From Podarcis cretensis (lineage: Eukaryota), in NCBI GenBank assembly GCA_951804945.1, contig OX638151.1, positions 62,744,001 through 62,808,000 on the forward strand: a stretch of 64,000 bases of DNA, in the 5' to 3' direction. A program made the translations under genes and the position numbers. This document shows positions 48,877 through 60,407 of this stretch, piece after piece. The notes under the pieces were generated by a model. The model was given only the letters and a program-made list of their open reading frames with translations. It made no database searches and had not been told where the DNA came from. Each line of letters starts with the position of its first letter. Positions within the stretch are counted from its first letter, which is position 1.

Positions 48877-51188
48877 AGTTTTATTTGTTGATTTATTTTA
48901 TTTGAAAGATTTCTTACTCACCATTTGTTATGAAGTCCCAGAACAGGTTCCAAGAATAGCATCATACAACTATAAAAAAATAAATAAAACAATTCCAAGC
49001 CAAAGCAGCAATATGTAAGTTAAACATAACATAAAGGTCAGGGCAAAGAGGTGTATCTTCAGTATATGGCAGAAGCTGTACAATGAAGACACCAGAAGCA
49101 TCTTTGTGGGAAGAGAGTTCTACAATTTAGGGGCTGCCACAGAGAATCCCCTCTCCCAGGTCAACATTGAGGGTGGTGGACCTACCAAGAGGAAGTCTCA
49201 GCACAAAAAGAGCTTTTAAGCTTGGCATGCCAACTCCAGAAGACTAGGGAATCTGGCAGCCCCACAAGAGCTTGCAATAGCATCCCAGAACCGGTGTGTC
49301 AAGAGGGCCTTGCCCTCCGAAGCAAGGCAGAGAGCTCAAGAGCACTTTTCGTGCCAGGTCCACTTGGGCTACCCAGAACAATAAGAGCTTTTAAGCTCTC
49401 TGCCTTGCTTGGGAGACACCCAACATCTCCAGAAAGCTAGGGGTGCTTCCACAGGGGCAGTGCATTTTTGCATATACGCAGAATCTTCGGGTGGACCCGA
49501 ACCACCACATAAGATGTGATCATACTGTATGGTGCCTATGCAGCCTGACTCTTTGGGTGATCTTTATTTCACTTAGTAGGGTGGGTCTACTGAAACTGAT
49601 GACCTATCTACACATACTAGGGAGTTTCAATGTGCTCAGTGGGGCCTATTTCTGAGCAAAGCTGTATAGGACATATTTTATTACTGGATATCTGTGAAAG
49701 CTATACAGGAAGCGAAATGCTAAATTTTGCTACATGTGTAAGATTTTCAGCACAAACCTAATAAGAATGTTCAATGTTCTTTTTCTTCAGGCAGTAGTAG
49801 TTTGTTCTGATAGATCAGAGGTGGAAAGAATAAATATGTGAAAAAGAAAAAAAGAAAACTGGTCGGAATTGGGGGGAAAGGCAGTGCCATAAAAGAATAA
49901 TGAATGGATTGGAGCATTCATTAGTGGAAAAACATAACAATGTTATTCCAAGCAGCTCTAGTATTCAGAACAGCATTTTTGTACACAGTGGAGACATAAC
50001 CCGTGCAGACACTGAATTTGGCAGTCTTAAAAGGAATACTGTTTTCCCAACGATGAATTTTGTCAACATATTGGTCACAGATATGCTTTCATTCTTCAGC
50101 ACAAAATGTCTTCGGGTTCCCCATCATTTTGATTTTAAGTTATCTGCAGTGGACAATTCTATTTACACCATTTCTAAAGGAGTACATCCCATGGAGCATC
50201 GTGTGCTAGCTTTTTTGTAGCCAGTTCCTTTATAGTGCAGCAGTCTGACCACTGTTGGTAGCAAGCCCTTAAACTTCATGGACCAGTGATCTGATCCGAT
50301 GTGGCAAATCCCATGTTTTCATTCCACCCGCTTTGATGTCATTCTGGTTCTTTCTGTTCCAAGTGTTGTATTAGTCACAATTAGAGTGTAAACTTCTTGC
50401 AGGGGGGAATTTTTTGACATATTTTTAAGAACAACTTGTGCATATGTCAAGCTCTGCAAAGCAAAGATGTGGGTGTCCAGATTTAGGGAAGTGTATGTCT
50501 CATTAGCTGGTTTCACATCTGCATTCTTCTATCATTCTAATTGGGGCTTTCCAAAATGTGCTGTGTTTTTTCACAGGAAATGCCAATTTTTCCTTTTTTT
50601 GTGGAAGGGGATCCAGATGATATTCCTGGAAATTCTGCTAGCCCTCAAGCCAAAAAAAAAAAAAAATTCAGCAAAGAATGCCTTGTACTACTAAGTAGCA
50701 TAGAGCTGGTTCACAAATTAATTTCCAACATTTAACGCTGAGGTTGCCAGCATAGTTCCCATGGACGCAATGCCTTTAAGGACTTACTCTGGTGACCCCA
50801 CCCTCTTGCTCCCTTCATCATGTGGTGGCAAGGATGGTAACTTCCCCCTCCCCACTGAAAACTCCATAGAGCCAAAGGAGGAAATTTGAGGAGTGACACT
50901 CTTTCCTGCTTCCTGTTTAAGCTCTGTTTTTCAAGGCCCCAAGTGGCATCTGGGCAGCTGAACAAAAAGCTAAGCAATAAAAGGAATAGGAGGTGGGAGG
51001 TAGGAGTGAAAATTGAGTAATCCAAGAGACTGGAGAAAAGTAGATAGAGCAGCCAGCGTTCAGAAAGTGGGAGACTACAAGAGTTAGGAGAAAACAGAAA
51101 GAAAGAGACAGTGGAGAAAAAGAGAAGAGAAGATGGAGTGCCAGAATAGTTTGATTGGAGGGGGGAACCAATTAAAATTATGCAGATA

Positions 51189-51413
51189 TAGTGGTACCTT
51201 GGGTTACAAACGCTTCAGGTTACAAATGCTTCAGGTTACAGACTCCGCTAACCCAGAAGTAGTACCTCTGGTTAAGAACTTTACTTCAGGATGAGAACAG
51301 AAATCGTGCGGTGGTGGCGCGGCAGCAGCAGGAGGCCCCATTAGCTAAAGTGGTACCTCAGGTTAAGAACGGATCTCCGGAACGAAATAAGTTCTTACTC
51401 AGAGGTACCACTG
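51189..51413. mobile_element. Tigger/mariner-like MITE
   Basis: TA TSD; TIRs AGTGGTACCT / AGGTACCACTG; internal CAGGTTA repeats. Confidence 0.85.
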
Positions 51414-53882
51414 TATTTTACAAGCCATGTAACTTGGGTACAATTCTTACTTGTTTACCAGGTTTTGTGCAAAAGCCTCTACATGTTGTTTTGTTCAGGG
51501 TTGGAGTTTCTCTTTGCTTATTTGTAGTTCCATGTGTCTAATTCCATGCGCCCCCCTCCCCGCAATCCAGGAACTTCGGACTTTGCCATGTGGCAAACCT
51601 CTTTTGAAACTATTTCAAAAGTGATTTGTGATAGATACATAGTGGTTGTCTGTCTGTGGAAGTAAAATGCCATGGGGCATCTTTAATCCCATGGTTATAC
51701 CTGATGGTTCTTGAGTTCGTGGCCAGTGGTGTGTTTTGTTTTGCTTCTCTCTGCTTGCTTTTGCTGCAATATACAAGTGGCCAATGCTCTATTCTTCCCA
51801 TACGAAATCAAATTCATTTTATGAGCACTAAAGATCTACCCTTGATCATTATTAAGGCATCTGCCCAATGTTAATGAATAATAATAGTGCATGAATAAGC
51901 CCAGTGATGATTAAGTTTATATTTATCTGGATGTAGGTTATTAAAGGAAGATTACATGTGATACCTACATTTCACTGAGTGATTAGGAAATAACTTTTTT
52001 CTTCTTGCAGGTACTGTCACTTCCAGTGAGGCAAGGGATACTAATAGGCCCATTCATCACCGCTTCTTTAGAAATTATTTGGCTTGGAAAATCACTTAGG
52101 AGCACTAATTTTCCTACAGTGATGTGGTTTCTGATTGCTGGAGAGAGAGGAAATGCAATGTGAAATTTCAAGTGCATTCAACAATGTTTAATTGGTATCA
52201 CCATGTAATCTTTTATAGGCCTAGTGAAACATCTTCATTTATACTCAGAGCTTCTGGATTCTACTTTTAAAAAACTGAAGTAGGAACATCTATCAGTTAT
52301 TCTGCCAAGTCAGAAATATGAGAAAACACATGTGTCAAAGAAGAGCCATAGGACTATAGATGGACATGTTGACTTGAAGTATATCGGGTATACCAGCTGA
52401 AATAGAAAGCAGTAGAAATCTTGACCAAGGGATAGAAAATCACTGAAATTCTGGGTGGCATTTGCAATAGAGTCCTGTATGTATTTGGATGGATGGATGG
52501 ATTGCATTTCTATCTTACCTTTTTCTCCAAGGAGCTCTAGGTGGTATACATGGTTTTCCCTTCCTCACTGAATCCCCACAACATCCTACTGAATGTGCCT
52601 AGGGTTGCAATCTGAGTCATACACATTGGGCTGTATTCAGTTAACCTTTACTGGAGCCAATATGGCCATGGTTATTCATTTCAGTGACTCTACTCTGTGT
52701 AAAAGTGAACTGACTACAACCCATTATTATTGCCTTTCCCAAGTTTTGCCCTTCAGTGCAATCCAGTAAACCAACATTACTTAACTGCAGACCAAACCAA
52801 CAAACTTGTTGGCTGTTCAGTTGCCAACAATAAGCTTACTTAGCTTACTCACACAAACCATTCTCGTTCCTGTGTATTAATTTATGCAGAGTGACAACTT
52901 CTTGCTTTTATCAGTGGAGCCACATACACAATATGGAAGCTGAAGAATGCAGATGGCCTCCAGATGCTTCAGTTTTGTGTGCATGGTTCCCCTGATAAGA
53001 GTTTAGAAGCGATCACTTTTGCATACATGAATGTGCAGGATAAGAACGCACATAGCCTTGTGAGAAGAGTCAAGTAGGAATATGGGTACAATAAAATAGA
53101 AGTACTCAGGAATACAGGAATGAGCTCTGGGTGTAATTTTAGGCAGTTCAGGGCTTGAAGGAAGGCGGCTGAAAATGACTGAACAAGGTGGGATCAAGAG
53201 GCAAGGCTGCTGGACAAAGTTCGGAATCCACCAATTGTTCATAGTTTTTTTAAAAAATCAGAAAGATGTTCTTGGAGGTAGATTCCACGAATGGTTGCAT
53301 ATTTTCAAATGGTAATGTTCTTTTCTTTTCCATCTATAAACCCTATAAGGAAAAAATGGAAAGGAAAGGACAAAAGGACTGCCAGTTTACTTTTATTATC
53401 ACTTTATCCTGCTGTTCAGGGTTTTTTTAAACCTTGCAGAGTGGCTAATGGATTAAAACATGAAATAGCAATCAATTATGTAAAAGTAGCATAAAACAGT
53501 AACAGCAGGAGGAGAAAACAAAGAAATCAGTTTAAAAGAGCATTAGAAGTCAACAGCTAAAGCACCTGAGCAAATAAGAGTACCGTAATTCACCTGATGA
53601 TGAAAAGACATAAGACTTGGCACCAGGCTAGCCCCCCTGGGAAGCACGCTGCAAGATCAGGAATCACAATGGTATGATCATCTACAGTACACAGATACAT
53701 CTGAAAGATCTCCCACCTAGAACATTTTCAGGTGCTACAGAGGTATATCTCTTCTTGTCTGCTGATGAGTCACTCTTCATTTTCCCTTGTTTGACAAATA
53801 TGCTTTGTGGGTTTTTTGTATGGCATTAGAAATTAGTAAATTGAGGAAATCCAGGAAGTGTAAGCAGACTGCTAGAGCCACT

Positions 53883-53940
53883 CTGGGACACCTCATATTA
53901 ACAAATTGTTTCTGGGACACCTCATATTAACAAATTGTTT
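53883..53940 (+). repeat. Perfect 29-bp tandem duplication
   Basis: CTGGGACACCTCATATTAACAAATTGTTT x2. Confidence 0.95.
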
Positions 53941-56516
53941 ATCTTTGCTTTATTTTTCAGTTTTTCAATTTGCAGGTTTAAGTTGTTAAAACATTCCGCA
54001 TTTTCTTCTACTCCCATTCTTCATAATCTTATACCTAAGTTTGTTTTCTAAAGCATCCAATTTATTTTTTCAGTTTTCTCATTTCATTTCCACCTTACTG
54101 ATCTAAAGATCTAAAGACTTGATCTTTGATCAACTGCAGAATAACCTATCAATTGTTGTTGTTGCTGTTGTTGTTTCCATACCACCCTTTGTCCAAGAAT
54201 CACAGGCACACACCAGTTTAAAAGGTCATAGGTTGTTTCATTAGCCAAAGGCCTAGGAGGAGGAGAATGTTTCTGCCAGGCACCAGGTAAGCCTCCATGG
54301 GGAGGGAGGCTTTCCACAAGTGGAGAGCCACTGCAGAAAAGGCCTGCTCTTGTGTTGCTACACTTTGGACCTCTTGTGGAGGAGGCACACAAAGAAGGGC
54401 CTCTGGTGATGATCAAAGGTGATGATCGCAGGGTGCAGATCGCCTCATTTGGGAAGAGCCAGCCCTTGACATTGAGAGACATCCAATTATGTCCACCCAC
54501 CTGCACAACAGAAATCCACTTGCACAATGGGAATTCCAGGTTCTCTCCATTCACCTTCACTCCAGCCCAGGGAACTTTCAGGACGGGGTTGCTGCCATGG
54601 ACATTATGTGAATGTCTATTTTAATGAGCGGAACAGAGTGGAAGATTATAAGTCATGGGGCTGTGGAGAGTGTGAACTTAACAATGCTTGGTTTATTTTT
54701 GGGTTGTTATTTTGTTAATGTTGTTAATATTGCTTTATAGATTATAAATGCTGTATTGATTTGTTAATTATATAATAGAACTTCTGCTTTAATTGTGGTG
54801 TTTAGCTTGTCTTTAGCTTGTTGCTTTGTTAACAGTGTTTTATAGATTGTAATTGTTTCATTGGTGATTTAATTATTCTATGTGATTCTTGCTGTATTTG
54901 TGATGGTCTATTATGTTGTATCATGTTATCATTGTTTGTAAGCCGCTTTGGGATTTATCTGAATGAAAAGCAGCATAGAAATATAATAAATCAAATAAAA
55001 GATGCATCACAAGGACTTTTCAGGTTCATCTTCTACTGGCACAGTCTGCATCACTGGGTCTTTTGTTTGTCTTTAAATTTGCTCAGAGGAGTTCTGAATG
55101 TTCTCCTTTGCACTGAGTGAACTCCTTTGCCCGTTATAAAGCTGAGCAGAGTGGAAGATCTACTGTCTGGTTTATCTCAAGGAAGTTGAATGCCTCCCTA
55201 TTTTAACAGTGCCTCCTTCACAGCTTACTAGCATTTGGGGTCTAAGCTGCTTTAGCTGTTGCTGACAAGCCTTTTGAGTTTTTCTACTGAATAACAACAG
55301 GACTGATAGGATTATGTTTTGGGCAATGCCTCCACCTTTTACCAGATCATAATATTCAAATATTTCTGTTGTGAGGGGCCATGTGATAGAGACATGTGAT
55401 ACTCATATTGCCCTTCTCATGTGGTCCCCAGTGGTTCCAAGGAAGAGGTAGATTGACCTGTTGTAATTTGGCAAATTTGGTTTCTATACTTACCTCTTCA
55501 GCAACTTATTAGTGCATTCTGACAACAGAATATTATGTGTGTGTACATATGTAGTTATATATAGTTAGATCAACTTGTTTGGAGTATTTAACAGATTGAT
55601 GGGAGTTTGTTTACTTTTGTTAAGTCTGATTAACTGAGCACAATATGAATTGTTGTAACTTTTTTATTGCTTGACTATGTCATACTGTGTAACATGTATT
55701 AACTCTATGGCAGTGTGTTGTTTAATTGAGAAGGTTTAACTATTCATGGTTAGGGAGAAGCTAAAATCCCAACTTATTTTCTGATACAACAGCTGCTTAG
55801 CTGGTATAACAGTGAGGATGCTACACTTACAGTTATATCTCAAGGATAAAAATTAATGGAAGTAATGAACAACGATACAACTGAGAAATATCTCTCCCTG
55901 TATGAGCCCACTGACCAGTTGAGATTCAGTCACTGACCTTGCTGTCCATTTCCCCCAGCTTCCCTTCTGTCCTCAGAGTCCCCTTCTCCTACGTATCTTC
56001 TTGCTTCCCAAACTCACCTACCCACTTTTTTCATAACTCCTGAAGACCCTTCTTTATATGCTTCCTTCAGAAAGACTTCACATCATTTTCCACAAAACTT
56101 AAACAGACGGATTTGTGCATGTATTTGTCTGGTCTGGTCGCTCAACTTTTGCAACCCTCCTGTCATGCCAGTAGGAATATTAGAAGGCATCATTTTGTTT
56201 TGCCCTGTATTTATCTCTTGCAGCACTGTTTCCATTCCACTGCAGTTTGGGGGGGAAACTACATTATTCATCCCAATGTCCACTGTGGCAAAATTACACC
56301 ATGTAAGTTATGCTACCATCTTTCATTCACCTCATTCATTTCAATGCAAAGGAAACAATGTAAATGGATGAAGATAATAATCAATTTCATAGTGTTTGCA
56401 GACTGAAAGCAGCAACCACGGCAAATTCCAATCGTATTCACTGGATTTATTTCCTTTCCAGACATGGGACAAATAAGCGGACACCAGCAATTCCCACTCC
56501 CTTGGGAATTATCCAA

Positions 56517-56850
56517 GACTTCCTGGTTAGCGCGATCGGCTAATGGCGGATTCCCTCCGAGCTCCGGAGGGAATCGGCTCTGCTGAAGACGGGTCCTACC
56601 GCGCCGGCGACGCGGGGACCCTCAGAAACCGCAGGCGCGGAAGCCTGCGGACTTGGTGACTCGGTGGGCACCTTTAAGCGCCCTCCCTGACCCACGAAGA
56701 GCCTTTTTAAAGGCTACGGAGAGGGTACGGGGAGCGGCGTGGTGCTGAGAGTAGACCGCTACTTCAGTGGAGCGAAGCCGCGTGCCATGGCCGGACAGCG
56801 CTGACTTTTTTCCCAAAATTCGGACTGGAAACAAATAACCCGTGAGTAGA
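56517..56850 (+). promoter_or_regulatory. Putative internal promoter and structured 5' UTR of element B
   Basis: ETS-like ACTTCC at the start and YY1-like AATGGCGG. Several hairpins covary with elements A and C. Conserved CCC|GTGAGT donor-like site at 56842. Confidence 0.6.
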
Positions 56851-57331
56851 ATGGAATTTGGACTTTAAAATCTATATCTTTGAATTCGGTACAACCGGGG
56901 GATGTGCTAAAGGGAAGTCCGCACCCCCCTATCTACAAACGATCTAAAGCAAGGATCGGTGGACTAAGGTGGAGAGTACTGTTTTTGGTGTTAGATAAAA
57001 AATATTTCCATGAGTTTGACAGAAGTCTTTGTGCTGGAGAGAAAGTGAGGAGTTTTGGAAGCTTTTGTGTAACCCCCCCTCCCGAACCCGGGAGCGTCCT
57101 GTGTGTGAGCCGGAGGAAAAAGAACAAGGAGTTTGACAGCTGTCAAAGGAGCTGTCAAACGGGCGGCTAAAATTTAAGAACTTTGTTATTTAATAACTTT
57201 CTGAACTAAAAGTGTTGCTTTTGAACTGAGGTGGCTGAAAACAACGTAGTCATAAACAACAAAGTAACGGGCTGTTGGAAAAGGACTATCAAGCAACTGT
57301 AATCCCCCTAGGGGGAACTAGAGACATTACA

Positions 57332-57904
57332 ATGGCTGCAGAGGGAAAATTACTGGTAGAGATAGAAAGAATGTTTTTTCTCGTGGGAATCCTGCAAGAG
57401 CAGAGTACGGCTATGAACAAAGAACTTATGACCTTGAATTCCAAAACAAACGACTCTGCTGAATGCATAAAGGATTTGCCTGATAAGGAATCTGCAGCTG
57501 AACCAGAAAAAACTTTTTTGGAACCGGTGGAGAGAAAAGAAGGAATGGAAAAAGTGCAGGAAAATATCAATCAGAAGCCCATATTGTCAGGAAATAAAGA
57601 AGAAGATCTTTGGATTACAAATCTGCGAAAGATGAGAAAGTTGAAGGAGGAAGTCCCGGGAGCACTTGGAATATTGGAATTCAAAAGAGTAAAGAAATAT
57701 GATTGGGACTTCCTCCTTGAGTATGGGAGATCAACTGACTTTTTGCAGCAACTGCTATTAAGTATCTTGGATGGAAGAAAATATGATGTGACTGAGATAG
57801 AATTCCTTCGAGACCTGAGGACCAACAAAAAGGGCTACCAACAAAATCGGCAGAGAGAGACTGACAGAGACTTGAAGGCCTCTGATGTGAGGAATCCGGG
57901 CTAG
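57332..57904 (+). CDS. Element-B ORF, 190 aa, unknown function (possibly a highly diverged or truncated ORF1)
   Basis: ACAATGG Kozak-like start and an intact frame. A decayed homologue is in element C (LSRICYLLGKLQKRS vs IERMFFLVGILQEQS; FKRTKK vs FKRVKK; DVDTPG vs DVRNPG). Confidence 0.6.
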   Translation: MAAEGKLLVEIERMFFLVGILQEQSTAMNKELMTLNSKTNDSAECIKDLPDKESAAEPEKTFLEPVERKEGMEKVQENINQKPILSGNKEEDLWITNLRKMRKLKEEVPGALGILEFKRVKKYDWDFLLEYGRSTDFLQQLLLSILDGRKYDVTEIEFLRDLRTNKKGYQQNRQRETDRDLKASDVRNPG

Positions 57905-59380
57905 GATAATTGCTTGGGAAGGGATGGAAACTGGGGTAGGGAGGGAGGGGAGAACAGAATTTCAAAATTTTATGATTTTTGTATTTGGCCATTATGACAT
58001 ATAATTAACAAAAATACAAAGGGAGAAATTCGTGGAAGGGTAATTAGGTCGACCTTAGGAAAAAAAAAGATTTAATGTTTAAAAGAGAATTGGATAAATT
58101 AAATTTGGATAAGTAAAAAGGATTAAGTTTAAAAATAACAATAATATGTTAAAGATGGGAGATAAGAACTTGCTGAACTAATTTTTGGAATTGGGATGTA
58201 TGAAGAGGGGGTGGGGGGAAGTCAGGGAAAGGGGGTAATGAAAATAAAAGTTTAAAAATATATATGTTTTGTTTTTGTTTTTGTTTTATAAAATGTGAAA
58301 ACCTAATAAAAAATTTATTTTAAAAAAAAAAGGGAATTATCCAATATCCTTATATTCCATGCAAGGTGCAGGAAGACAGAGGCAAAATGTTACCAGGAAT
58401 CACTCTTTTCTTCTGTGTGGATAGGTTTTGTTCCCTTTGAAGAGATCACCGATCACCTCTGAAAGGAAGCGAAGACCAAAACAGACGCTCATCAAAAGAG
58501 TGGAGTGCACACCAACCCATCAGCATTGCATATATACTGATACAAAGGGCCCTGGTGCTTTCTGTTTCCCATGAGTGATTTTTCTAGAAAAAGAAAAGAA
58601 AATAGGTGCCAGCCTGCACTAAGCAGTGCACTTCTCAAGGAAAGGTTTATAGAGTGGAAATATTTACTAAGAATAGCTGACCATGAAAATTCACTAGAGC
58701 ATCAAGACAGTTCTGTAGTTTGGGGAAAAACCTTTAGAAAGCACATTTTTAAAAGCAACAGAATAGATGATAGCTTGCAGAATGCAATTGTGCTGAAAAG
58801 AAAAAAGGTACAGTCTTCTAAAGAGTGGAAGTAATGTTGGTTTTCTGCATGATAAACAAAGTGGGAGCAAACGTACATTGCTACTCTTTAGGGCCCTTTT
58901 TGCTTGATCAACATGTTTCCTACTGCTTTTTAGCCTTACAGTCCAATCCAAACAATATTGATATTGGAATATCTCCCTGACAGTGTGAACCAAAGGATGT
59001 CTACTCAGTCCAATTAAGTTTGATAGCATTTGCGCACTTACATATGCACATTTATAGTATTGCAGATTGAATACTGGTTCAAACTGCATGGAATAGGATA
59101 GATGATTATCAATGGGACATGAAGTAGCCTTCAGACCATGAAATATTGATCAGACATGGTCTACTGTGTAAAAAAAAAAAGTTTGGTGTCTAGCCTATTT
59201 CTAACAACACGGCCTACTTGGGATAACCCATGTCTCATTATAGAAACCAGGCAGTCAGGTGGTACTGTCTGTATATAAAACTGTTGTCATATGCTAGATA
59301 GGTTTAGTCTAAACATAGCAAAGCTGCTCTCTTAAAACCTTACCCAAGAAGGGTTCCATGTGTTCACTGCTATATTTAAA

Positions 59381-59810
59381 GTGTCCAGTTCTGGGTGCCA
59401 CAATTTAAGGATATTGACAAGATGGAACATGTGAGGATCAGTTGAGGAAGTTGGGTATGTTTTAGCATGGAAAAGATGAGAATGTGCAGATCTTCAAATA
59501 TCTAAAAGGCTGTCACATGGAAGAAAGCTTACTTTCTCCTGCTCCAAAGGGTTGGACCCGAACCAATGGCTTCAAGTTGCAAGAAAGGAGATTCCAACTA
59601 AACATCAGGAAGAACTTTCTCACAGTAAGAGCTGTTCAACGGTGGAATGGACTCCATTGGAAGATGTGAATTTTCCTTCATTGGAGGTTTCTGAGCAGAA
59701 GTTGGATGACCATGTGTCATGGATGCTTTAGCTGAGATCCCTGCATTGCAGGGCATTGGACTAGATGATCCTCAGAGTCCCTTCCAACTCTACGATTCTA
59801 TGATTCTATG
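59381..59810 (+). mobile_element. CR1 LINE 3' fragment
   Basis: ORF2 end (IFKYLKGCH...RTRTNGFKLQERRFQLNIRKNFLTVR) and (ATTCTATG)n octamer tail. Confidence 0.92.
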
Positions 59811-60407
59811 AATACATCAACCCAGAGTGTTCCCACGACACAGCTGCCTGGTATTCTTATGTGGCATGATGAGCAGTTGTCAACAATTCTGCTTCAATGT
59901 GAACTGAAGTGCATAGATATGCTTTTTTAAAAACAATACATACCTGCCATATGTTTAAACCAGACCCTAGTATAATCTATGTTCTTAAAAGTACTCTACA
60001 AATGACTGCTCACTAGACGTTAGAATAAATAAATGAAGTTAAATAAGCTGTTGTAAAAATATTAATACAAAAGTCTATTTCAATGAGAACTGGTTCTCTG
60101 TTGTTTCTTTGTGTCATGTTAATAGGTGTTTAAACTGAGAATGTTAAATGAAATGAATTCAAGTGAAAAATCTAGCTATTTGAACATCTCATTAAACTAC
60201 ATCTTGAAGATGCTTTTTCATCTGAATAACAGACAGAACTTACATTATACCAAAATAGAAATACAGCACCTAAAGCTACTGTTGCCCATACCTTCTGACT
60301 TATCAATCTTTTCTATAGCTCTGTTGATGTGGAAATTACACTTTTAAAAAAGCTCTGGATAAGGACACTTGCTGGGAGAGGTGAAGGTCAAGAAGGAGCC
60401 AGACAGT

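Larger units (their letters stand above)
56517..58331 (+). mobile_element. Full-length non-autonomous retroposon, probably L1-mobilised (element B, ~1.8 kb, single ORF)
   Basis: CpG-rich 5' UTR homologous to element A. AATAAA and poly(A). 13-bp TSD GGGAATTATCCAA at 56504-56516 and 58332-58344. Confidence 0.9.

Noticed and set aside
56517-56800. CpG islands as host gene promoters (also ~38880-39160 and ~60410-60590)
   Set aside because: They lie inside TSD-bounded retroposons.
57881-57904. DVRNPG C-terminus resembling a 2A ribosomal-skip motif
   Set aside because: It does not fit D(V/I)ExNPGP: spacing is wrong and a stop follows instead of Pro.
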